This document shows, in pieces, positions 31,963 to 43,700 of a stretch of DNA of 64,000 bases; position 1 is the first letter of the stretch; every line of letters begins with the position of its first letter. The position numbers were made by a program, and so were the translations under genes. The notes below the pieces were generated by a model, which saw only the letters and a program-made list of their open reading frames with translations, was not told the DNA's origin and searched no databases. Origin of the DNA: Callorhinchus milii (lineage: Eukaryota). Location: the NCBI RefSeq assembly GCF_018977255.1, contig NW_024704755.1, forward strand, positions 124,001-188,000, written 5' to 3'.

Positions 31963-33756
31963 GTGAGTGTCGGCAACGGGCCCGTGGGGAAGGCATTAAT
32001 CTCAGTACTGACGGGGAGCCCGGGAGCCGCTCACTCCCACACCCCGGCCTCATGTCGGCCATAGGCCGCGGCCTCATGCTGGCGCCGCGTCCCTCCCGCA
32101 ATCGGTCTGCCTGCGAGGGGGCCGCAGCCGCCGGTTTCCCAGCGTGTGAGCCCGACAGGAAAGGCGGGGGGGCGCTGAGGCCCCATGGCGGCCGAGGCCT
32201 CACCCGAGGGCTGAGTGTGGTGAGAATCGGGCCCCGCTCTCCGCCTCTTTCCCCCCCGAAATATCCTCAACTGTAGCCTAACTGGGCCTCAGCCTGAGCT
32301 GCAGCGGCGCCTCTTAATCCCGGGCTCAGATCACACCCTAATCTCTTCCCTTGTGACTGAGGTCATTTTCAGGCTTCGTTTCCTTCGATCACTTTGGATT
32401 CACCCTTTGCCCTGGAGGTTGGTGCAGTTTGATGTCGGTCTCGGTTGGTCCCGGTGCAAACCTGACTCCTGCTCCCAACGTGCATTGCCTCAGTTGTGCT
32501 TCTCGGACGAGTTGTCTCGTAGAGCGCTCTCTCTGCTGTGTTCATTGTTCAGCATAATGTCAGATCAGTGAGTGCTGAAAGTTAATGATTGCAACAGTCA
32601 TTTATCCACCAAATACAAATGTACAGGATCTCCACAAATTAGTCCAGCTCATGTTCATCCAGATCTCTAGTTCCTTCCTCTCTTAATCTTCCCTCTAATT
32701 CCACCTCAGATTCACGGGTCTAGTTTGTCTTTGGAAGTACCGTATGGCAAACTTCTTGCAGCTTGTACAGGTAGAACCAACCAACCCATTAGAGTTTTGG
32801 CTTGCAAGGTTAACAGAAGCCGAGTGGGAAGAATCCCTGCCCTCCTGACTGCTTTACTTTGCCAAGATCTGCTGATGAGCCAGCTGGTTGGTCTGTCATC
32901 AGCAGTGCCCTGGACATTTTTTTGTTCAATCAAAAAGTGAAGTGCAACTATTAGGAGATTGGTTTTGCTGTACGGAAGCAAGGCTCCAAAGAACCTCAGG
33001 TTATTTGTTGCCAAAATCTATCTGGGTCACGTCATTGTATTGCAGTTAATGTATTGCAGTTTGCACAGAAGTTGAGCTACAAGTGAAGTTACTAAGTTGA
33101 GGAAGTGACGATCTCAGGGATGTTTCCTCTGCAGTTTCATAGACCAGTAGGTAAAGGCTGGTTTGATTCCTGGTAAGTTCTGAATTATCTAATCACCACT
33201 GGAGATCAGTTATGGTGCTAGAATTGCAATTTTGGTTAGTAAAAGACTCGATGTTTGTGTGCTTAAGTTTCTTCCTTGGTCACTGTGGCCCTGTTTAAAA
33301 GAGTGAGCCCAAGAGTTACCTGTCGCTTCCTCATGTAGAGAGCTTTCCTGTAGTTAGTGAACATCCCATATATCTTCATTGTGGAGATACACTACAGCCA
33401 GAGGGAGCAGAGACCAGGCTGTGCTGTTCCTGGGTGAGGATGATGCATGGCATTGAGGAATAGAAAACTGTCAGACTGATTTAGTGTCTTTAAGTGTAAG
33501 GGACTGTTAACACTATAAACCTTATCTGCAGATTCACTGGCGTGCTCAGCTGTTACATTTGCTAACCAGCTCTTTTGAATCGTAAGTGGATCAAGTAATA
33601 TCTTGTTTCATTTATTTCAGTAGTGTGGGTAAAACCCAGCTTGCCAATGGGTCTCCCTTGTCAAATGTTGAAATGGCCACAGGTACCACATAGATGGTGC
33701 TTGAAGCTGACTCCAGACCTTAAACCAAGTTCAGTTGATCTGGCAATAAACCAGAC

Positions 33757-34155
33757 AACAACAACAACAACTTGGACTTATATAGCGCTCTCCGTGGTGG
33801 ACGGCGTCTCAGAGTGCTTCACAGTAACAGATCCTGGGGCTGAGCCAGGGGGAGGGGGAGGAAGGTGACCAAAGGTCCAGTCGAAAAGACCTGAAAATAG
33901 GAAGAGAAGGGGCGAGGCGAAGGGAGTGGGAAGGGAGTTCCAGAGCCTCGGGGCATAGTGGCTAGGCTCGGCCGCTGAGGGTGGAGCGGAGGACTCGGGG
34001 GACAAGGAGGAGACCAGACCCTGAGGAACGAAGGTAACAGGCACTATTTTGAGGAGAGAGGAGGCAGAGATGTAGGGGTGTGCGGAGGAGTGGAGGGATT
34101 TGAAGACCAGGGTGAGGATTTTGAAATCAATCCTCTCTGGGACAGGGAGCCAGCC
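33757..34155 (-). mobile_element. L2 3' end
   Basis: HYAPRLWNSLP plus (TTG)n tail. Confidence 0.8.
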
Positions 34156-34719
34156 AGTGCAGACTTCTGCACTGGAAGCACTAGTAAAAGTATTTAAAGA
34201 TGAATTGTACTGACTGCACTGGGTTATAGATTAGAGCTTGCTTCTCATGCAAGGTTTTTACCAACTGTTTGCATTGGTCTGAGAAGGTACCTTAAGTATG
34301 TTAGCTCCTGTTGGGTTGGCAGACTAGTGACATCTGTCACTTATACAGCAGGGAATAGTTAAATGTAAGAATAATTTACAGACTAACTAGTTTTTCTAGC
34401 CCACTCATCCAATTCTTTGTATTCATTTAAACACAGAATCCTTTTAGTTGACAGGAAATTGTCTAGTTCTCTGAAACCTTTGCAATTCCTTGTTCCATCA
34501 ACTATACTAGTAGTTTGTTCCACATAACTATCATGTTTTTAATAAAAAGTCTGCATTTTGTCATTCTCTTTTGTTACCTTCTTTTGAAGGTATGTCATCT
34601 TAGTGAATCCTGGTCTGTGGGTGAGCACGTTATTTTGTTGGGTGTAATGGGGAGCTGCTCGAGAGTTCGTAATATACTTTTGTGTATTTGTTTTTGTAGC
34701 AGGGTAACATTGGCTTCCA

Positions 34720-37700
34720 ATGGACGTCTCCGATAGTCCTGACTGTGACCCTCATTCCCCAGAGGAACAGCTCTCTGATGATCTGTTGCTTGAGGGTGGG
34801 CATGAACAGGATGAAGAGGACGACATAGACAAACAGTCAGAACATGACGGGGAATGCCTCGATTCTGATGACAATGATCGTTGCAGTGAAAGTGCTGAGC
34901 TTGAAAGTGCTGGTGATCCTGACAATGAGGGGAGTCAGGATGAAGTGGAGACCCGTGAATCTGAGGTAGAAGAGGAGGAAAAAGTGAAAGAGGAAGGAGA
35001 CTGCAGTGAGGAGAGTGGCAATGATGGCGAGAATGACGAGCTACCCAAAGACATAGACCTAGAGTCTGATCGAGAGAATCCAGCAAGTCCAAAAAGGATA
35101 CGCAATGCTGAGCAAGGAGAAAATGCACTCTCTGGGAAGCAGGACTTGCAGCCTGATGAGGTTGTTAATGATTCCAAGGATGAGGCATCTTCTGTCAGTA
35201 GAGATCTGGATGAACATGAGCTGGACTATGATGAGGAGGTTCCTGAAGAGCAGCCAGGGGCTGTGACTGAGGACAGTGAGAAACACAGCACAGAGGAGAA
35301 GAATGGCGACTCACCAAATGATGGTGAGAAAGAGAAAAGCAACTTTGAAGACAGAAAGTCTGAAAGAGAGAGGAGAGATTCATTTCGTGAGAGGAAAAAG
35401 GATGAAGATGACGGGGAGCTTGATGAAGGAGAAGTTGAGGTATGAATGTAGATTGGTTTGACACTGGCAATATCAAGGGTAGTTCATCATTTCAGTTGTG
35501 CCATTGAAATGCCTTCAGAATCTGTCCAAGATTTCCTTTGTGTGGAGCCCTTTTCTAGCTGTTAGTGGCTCTCTCTCTCTCTCTCTACTCATTCACTCAC
35601 TCTCACTGACACACACACACACACAAACTCACTATTCACTCACACTCACTACTCACACACACATTCACTCACTAGCCACTCACTCTATTCACTCACACAC
35701 ACTCACTCTACTCACTCATGCACGCACACACTCACTCACTAAAAACCTATCCCTCTCTGCAAAATCCTCCATTGTCTGAGATACAGGACTTGGTCTGTGA
35801 GGTTCTCGATAGGCAAAAGGCTGAAAAACAACAATGTCCCGGGATGGATGAACCGCAGGATACTGAGAGGGATGAGGAAGGAGATGGCACTGTCAGATAT
35901 TATGATTGTCTGACAACTACATACCCATTAGTCTGTCTTTAATAATTGGGAAACTGATGGAGTCAGTCATCAGAAAAAAATAAAATATTATCTGTATAAA
36001 AATAATCTATTAAATGACTTCAGAGATTCAGTCTGACCAACCTCAGAGACTTTTGTTGAGGTGGCATGCCAGATACTAGATTTCCAAAAAGCAGTGACAA
36101 AGTACCATGTGAAACACCCTTCACAGTCACTGGACTAAGGGAGGTCAAGTGTTTGTGTGTTACCTCCTTTCCCTCCTAAATCATGCAAGACTGCTATTCC
36201 ACACACCCGGTTCCCTTCCGTACCTTGTCCAAGGTAGCTATTGTGCACAAGTTCAGTTGGTGAGTAAGGCCTATGGGAGCAGCATAGTCACCTACTGAGG
36301 CCTACGGGAGCAGCATGGATAATCCCAATTTCCCATCTTTGCCTGATGAAGCATTAGGTACCAGGAACACTGGTCAATATACCGTTTCCATAGCCCAATG
36401 GTGCTGGGACTAATTACAGAACTTCTAACACAACATTGGCTGGAATCCGGGATCATACACGAACCTGCATTGTTTTGCCAAAATCATTTCAGTCTATCAA
36501 GATTTCTCCCCAAGATAAATAATTCATTTGGAATTGATGAATTATCATGGGATCTGACAGTGAAAAGGACTTCCTTTTCCCACCATAACAGCACACGACT
36601 AATTTTCCCATGCATTCTATTAACTGGAGATTCTGTAATCCTTGCTGTATTTATTTTACTAGGACGATGATCTTGAAGAAGGCGAAGTAAAGGATCCCAA
36701 TGAGAGGAAGGTCCGACCAAAACCCATCTGCAGATTCTACATTAAAGGTAATAAATCATTGAGAAGGGCAGCAGCTAATTCTTTGCACTTAGCAAAGATT
36801 GAGAATTAATCAAAGGTTGCTTGAAGAGTTGAGATGTTGATGTTTTGACGTCTCTGAGAGTAAATCTGGTTAGCCTGGGTACCCTTCCAGGGATCCATAA
36901 TGTTGTTTCAGCTACAATTGTATTTGCATGAAAGCTCAACTGTTATTGCGGGAATATTTGTGTTCATATGTGATGTCAATTGATAGGATTATTCCTGGGA
37001 TTCTGGTAAAACCTTGCCTAATTTAAAAAAAAAAAATATTTACCGAACTCTCCCTCATTGAAAGTGCTATTTACGCCCGATGAGTCCAATCATCCCTCCT
37101 GTGTTGTGACCAACTTGGATCAGTCATTTCTAGCTCTTGGTCCAGGTTTTGTAATTAGTTGGTATCTGTTGTGGGTTATTGGCTATTGTTTTCCAGGCTA
37201 ATGGACACTTCTTGAATATTGCAAAGGTAAGCAATTGAGCTAATTAGTTTATGTCATTCTTTGTGGCTACATTACTATCGATGCACTGTAAGATGAACTG
37301 TCCAGCTTGCTGTATACATAAAAAGATGGTCTTGTATTTTCACATCATTGATTACTTTTATATAGTGAGCAGGACTTCCTCTTTATAGCTGCCCCTGTTA
37401 CAATGCTTCGCTACCCCCCCCCCACACACATACACACAGAAAACTGAAAGTCCTCTGCCAATGAGGGATCATCAGAAACTGTTAGCATTGCATATTAGCT
37501 GTGAAATATCACAAAAAAATGATTACTGGGTGACTTATTTGGCAGAGCTACTGAGTCCTAGATCTGCAAGCTTACCAATGGAGGTTTAGAGTTGTCATTT
37601 GATGAATAAAATGGCAAAACCTGATATAGAGTCAACATTTTAGTTATACTTCCACAGCGTTAAAAATGCAGAAAAACTTTTTAAAATTAAAATGATATAC

Positions 37701-40700
37701 AGTAAAACTCATATAAATCATATGTTTATAAATTGTGATTCCCTAAGTCGTACATTCACCCAGGTCCCATTCAATTTCCTATCAAAACCATTTAGATTTC
37801 TTTGCACCAGTCATATTAATCACCCCCTAACTTGTAACGCCGCTCCCCGATCCTCCATTACTCCTGGACTTCCCAGCTGTATTAACGGCTGTAGTAAGCA
37901 TAGCCTTAATCCGTCGACACGTGCGCAAAATAACTTCATTTCCTGCCATTCAATGCAGTTCCAATGTTTGCTCTTAGGTGCGCATGTGGCGACAGGTCAC
38001 GGTGCATTGCATCATGGGAAATGTAGTCTTGACCCGTCACCACATGCGCACTTACCGTCTGCAGTGACGAACTACCGTATGTACTTACCGGCTACATTGA
38101 ATTACACACATGTGGTGTAGATTATTGATTAAATCGTATTTTATATGTCATATACAGTTTGCCCACATTTTGGATTTCATGTAAATCATATTAAGTGTTA
38201 TGATCCTGACTGATATGACCGGTATGACTTTTGCTGTAACAATCCTAGTGTTGCTATTTATCCTAGCTGTGTTGGAAAGAGTTAAAAGGGATAATGATAA
38301 TCATAATCCTTGCATTTGATATAGCATCTTATCATGTCTTTGAGACATCTCAAAGCGCTTCATGGAATATACTGTAAAGTGAATTGACTGTATATTTGTG
38401 GGCGAAACGCGGCAGCCAATTGAGCTCAGCAGCGTCCCACAAACAGTCGTGGATTGAAGTGACAAAATTAGGGTTAGGAAGCCCCGTCCTACCTCTCTGA
38501 CCCGCTGACTCCCTACCAACTTGCCCGCTCCCTCCATTCAGTGGGCTCCAATCTGCTCCATGTCTCCCGTCCAAACTGCCCTAGCATCGGTGGCCGAGCT
38601 TTCACCCTCTCTGCCCTCACACTCTGGAACTCTATCCCACGGTCACTTCGCCTCGCTTCCTCCCTTCAAGGCCGGTCTTAAGACCCTTCTCTTCGATCAT
38701 GCCTTTGGTCGCCCTCCCACCTCTCTGCCTTCTCTCACCCCTACACCATCCCTCCACCATGCTCGGGACCCGACACCTGACTGTTCAGCGCTTTGGGACG
38801 TCCTCCCGACGTGAAAGGTGCTCTATAAATGTAATTTTGTTGTTGTTGTTTCGCCTTGCCGGGAATTAAAACCCAGGTCTCTCGCCTGCAAGGCGAGTGC
38901 TCTAACCACTGAGCTACAGGACTCCATCATGTATGATAATGAAATGAGTTGCAAAACAGTCCCTTCATACTTCACTTACAAACTCAATTTAGTTTAAATT
39001 GACGCTACCTAAATAAAATGCATTGGCGTAAAGTACAATCTCTACCAAATTATAGACACCTTTGACAAACATAAAAGTTAAATCAGTCATAAATAATCTA
39101 AAAGTCATGTATAATGCAGAAAGGCACAACAAGAAAATTAAAAATCTTACATTTGATCGCAGTAAAGCCAGAAGATGGCGTTGTTTCATTCATGACTAAA
39201 ATGCTGGAAGTTTACAGCGCAGAAAGTCATGATTTTGATTTTCCTAGGGGAAATGTTTGATTACTTTCCGCCTTTGAAATTAAATGGCTCCTAATCCTTC
39301 AATCCTGTTTCATGTTGAAATGTAGAAGATTGCTTTTTGCTTCCACTGGATATGTTAAAAAAAAGTTCTGTCTTTAAAATGCTTTTAACAGGTTGTTGTT
39401 TTGTAGGTAACTGCACCTGGGGGAATAATTGCCGGTTTATTCATCCGGGAATAAATGATAAAGGAAACTACTCGCTGATAGCCAAACCAGATCCCTTTTC
39501 ACCTAATGGAGGACATCACATAGGACCTCACCCACTGATGCAGGCTAACCCATGGGTATGTAAGCCAATTAATGTTTTAATTGCTGGACTCTGCAACGGA
39601 CCGTTTTTCAGAGAAATCACTCAACATTCTACCTCCAATCAGACAACTTCCATTCTGATTTGAATTAAAATGTGTGTTTCTTAGCATGATTTTATTTTCT
39701 CTCACTTTCCATACTAATTTGGATTAAACTCTCCTGAAAGCGCTGACACCTACTGAGATGCAGTCCATGTTTGCTGATTGCTCTCTGCTGGGCCATACTG
39801 GGCATTTCCATGTGTTGCTCCAGATGTTTAATATTGATGGGCTGTTAAACCAAAAGCAAGAGGACATCACATATGAGCTGAGCCCAATCCTGCTCTCAAC
39901 AGCTGCCTTCACCTGATGTCCACACAAGCGTGTTTTAGTTGGCAGTCAATGGATAGTTGTCAAGACAAAATCCCTGCCTTTTTCCTCTCTGTCTAGCTAA
40001 GACAACTTAAACACAGTTAGCATCACTGCAGCTATCATTGTTGAGATCGGCTGGCCTGCTTCATATTACACTGAGCTTTTAGAGAAGTTAACACTTCTGA
40101 ATTTACTCGCCTGCTTAATTCTGTACCACATAACATTACCTTCCAGAAGATTCCTTCCTTCAGTGAATTATTTTAGTTGATATTTTGTACACAAGTGTGT
40201 GTGAGACACTGCATACTGCTGGGGTGCACAATAGGAGTACTGTGAAAGAATGCAGCAAAGACCTGTGGAAAGTTTTGAGGATGATTTACAATAATTATCA
40301 TTTAGCATATTGCTTCCTCATGCCATACCAAATGCCAAGATGATTACTATATTATTTTCAGTGTCTCAATTTGTCGAGTTGAGAGACCTACTGTCTGGAT
40401 TACTGAAACTTTGAAAGTAGACAAAACTCCGTCATCAAATTGACACAGTATAGAATGTGGACCTGAGGGAGCAATCCTGTTAAACATGTACATTATCCGA
40501 TTGTGCCTTTGTTCCTCCGGGTCTGGCTTCCTCCTCGTTCCCCGAGTCCTCCGCTCCACTCTCGGTGGCCGTGCCTTCAGCCACTATGACCCGAGGCTCT
40601 GGAACACGCTTCCTCACTCCCTTCGCCTTGTTCCCTCCCTTCCTATTTTCAGGTCTCTGCTGAAGACTTTTTTTTGACCGCGCCTTTAGTCACCTTCCCC

Positions 40701-43700
40701 CCCTCCCCCTGGCTCGGTCCCGGGATCCGTCCTGTGAAGCGCTCTGAGACGCCGTCCGGCGTGGAGGGCGCTATATAAATCCAAGTTGTTGTTGTTGATT
40801 GAGCTCTTTCCTAACCTCATTTTCCTTTTTCTTTCCAGGAAACACAAATGTTGGTAAGTTAAAAGTTTGATTTATTAAAATCTTGTAGAATCGTGCTACT
40901 CTCAGTGTTTAATTTGTTGGTAGTTGGTCAGTTGTGAAGTTCAGATCCCATTACAGCCTTCCTTGTCACTGGAGGCAAGAGTTGGTGTTGGGTGTTTTAA
41001 ACTTAAGCCTCAGGAAAACGTTTACAATTCCTCCTGACTGCCTGCAGGTGGCGCTCAAGGGCTCACTTACTGCACTGCAAACTCCTTCTGGCAACTGAAG
41101 CCTCTGCTGTCAGCAGAACAACTGTGTGTTCTTTTCACTGTAATATCATGTGTGACTGATAACTTAATGACAGTTGGCTATGGTGTGATTATAATCAAAC
41201 GTATATTTGCCTACAAATCCAGTGACTACACTTGGCAGAAAAAACCTGTGGAGAGTTTTGAGGATGATTAATAATAATTATCATTTAACATATTGCTTCC
41301 TGATGCTATATCAAATGCCAGGATCATTATTATATGATTTTCAGTGTCTCAATTTGTGGAGTTGAGAGATCTACTGCCTGGAATACTCAAATGCACTCCT
41401 TGCCGGTCTCTCCGGCTCCACTATTCAAAAAATCCAGCTCATTCAGAACTCTGCTGCCCACATACTTACTCAGACCAAACTCTGTACCCACATTTCACCA
41501 GTTCTGGCGATTCTCCACTGGCTCCCCATCACCGAACGGATCGACTTAACTATCCTCACATTCGTATTCAAATCCATTCACTCCCTGACACTTCTCTACC
41601 TCCAACCTCCTCACTCCCCAGTCCACCATTGGAGGTCGCGCTTTCAGCCACTACACCCCGAAACTGTGGAACACTTTCCCTTAATCCCTCCGTCTTGCTG
41701 CCTCTCCCCTTTTTCAAGGCTCGCCTGAAAAGCTTTCTTTTCAACTGTGCTTAAGGTCACCACACACACACACACCAGTTTGGAGTCAGATCCTGCCACT
41801 GTTAAGCTCTCTGCATGGAGGGTGCTATATAAGTGTAAGTTGTTGTTGAGTTTAAATATTATAGTAGCAGCATTTAGACTTTTTGATGATTTACTCTATT
41901 TGTTTCCAGGGTACTCCAGTGATCGATGAATTGTTACCTCCAGTTCCAGTGGAACCTCCAGCGGAGAGTGCGTGGGAGAGAGGTCTGCGACATGCAAAAG
42001 AAGTGAGTGGCAAAATAAATAAAGTAATCTGCTTTGTGTGGGGGCGGGTGGCCATGCTCCTCTGGGGTCTGAGTTACAGTGAACCAACCCACTCTACTGT
42101 GTGCAAATAGCCTGAGGAAAACCTGGCTTTAACATTCTTCCTGTTACAGATGCTGAAAAAAGCCACCATGAGGAAGGAACAGGAGCCAGATTTTGAGGAG
42201 AAAAGGTTCAATGTGACTATTGGAGATGATGATTTTGACAAAGAAAATGATTTTTATCGGGATTGGAATTATCGAGTTGCAAGAGACGTCAGAGAGCCAG
42301 GGTATGTACAGAACTAGACACAAACTTTCATTGAAAGGAAGATAATCGGTAGTTTTATCTTCCTTTTGTATCACCAAACCATTAAACATATATGTTACAT
42401 TCTGTTCAGTGAGCAAGTCAATGTCAGAACATAGAGGCAGGAAGCAGGAGTCTGAACAATATTAGATTAAGAATCCCCGTACACGTTCCTGTCTCTCTCT
42501 CTCTCTGTTGAAGTCTCTGCCGATAGTTATAGAGGGAAGTGAATATCGAATCAGAATCCGCAAATGTAAAATGTTATAAGTAAGAAGAGCTTCAGTTCTT
42601 TCCCTCGCATAAAATGTTTCTATTCTTTTGTTGAATCACAAACTGATTGTCTTGGAGGATGTGTGTGGTGTTTACCAAGCCTTCGAAACCAGACTGGAGC
42701 CTCGTGTTCTGCTAAACACTGGGGTAATGCTCAATGCACAGCCTTAGCCTGCAATATTTCTTTAATTAACATGTTGGATAGGTCTTACTATTAGATCTAT
42801 CATTAGATCTCATTAACTGCTGTGTTACTTTGCTGATCACAAATGAGAGCTGCAACTATTGCTAAATCTCCGTGTCTAGTTACAGGCTTTGAAAATCACT
42901 AATTTTTAAAGTCTGTTCAAAACTTGTCCCAAACTTATTGGAATCTTTTGTTTTTTGGATAAAAACAATTCCAATTAAATGTTTCTACTTTCCTTTAAAA
43001 TGCACCAGTGACTTGGAGTACAGAGACGCAATCAATTACGGGTAAGAACTCTTCACAGAATGTGACGTAGTCCTAGACATGTTGTTGTAAGCTTACTGTA
43101 CATGTGCTGCCCAGACTTCGTCCTGCATGGCCTGGAGCTTGGCATGAATTCTTTCATTCCAATTTTGTTTCGGGAAAAGGGCCTGGAAGAATTTTTCATG
43201 AAAATAAAAGACAAGTTAACTCTATAAGGAGTTATTGCACAATGAAATAGCGCCACTGCATTATTAGTTTACAGCTGTGCAATACACAAGTCCAGCTGAA
43301 GAAGGTGTCCCAAGGGTCAGAGTCACATCTGAGAGCACTGTAAATTGCATTGAGTTATAGCGTAGTCCTGTGCTGGAGGCAACTGCTAATAGAATATACG
43401 GAGTAGCTAAACCAGTAGTTATGTACAATCAGACTTGATTATCTCCGCTCTACAGTCTAGCCCACACAGTTCCTTCTCCTTTATTGTTGTATAATCTCTA
43501 ACCTGTTAGCTTGGTTATGTTCTCATCACTTCCACATGTATGCGGATGACACCCAACTCTATCTTTCCTCCTCTACCCTCAACTCCACGACCACCAATGT
43601 CCTGACAGCTGCCTGTCTGACATCGTGTCCTGGACGAGAGACAACTTTCTTCAGCTCAACGTGCGTAAAACCGAGGCCCTCCTGATTGGCTCACGTCAGC

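Noticed and set aside
32869-32905. 10-bp hairpin CTGCTGATGA...TCATCAGCAG
   Set aside because: Too short for a pre-miRNA and lacks a complete ribozyme core; plausible by chance.
39720-40060. Possible ancient SINE relic
   Set aside because: The resemblance is too diffuse to name or bound by eye.
42513-42578. Possible poison exon in ZC3H18
   Set aside because: Marginal splice signals; cannot be told from background without RNA data.
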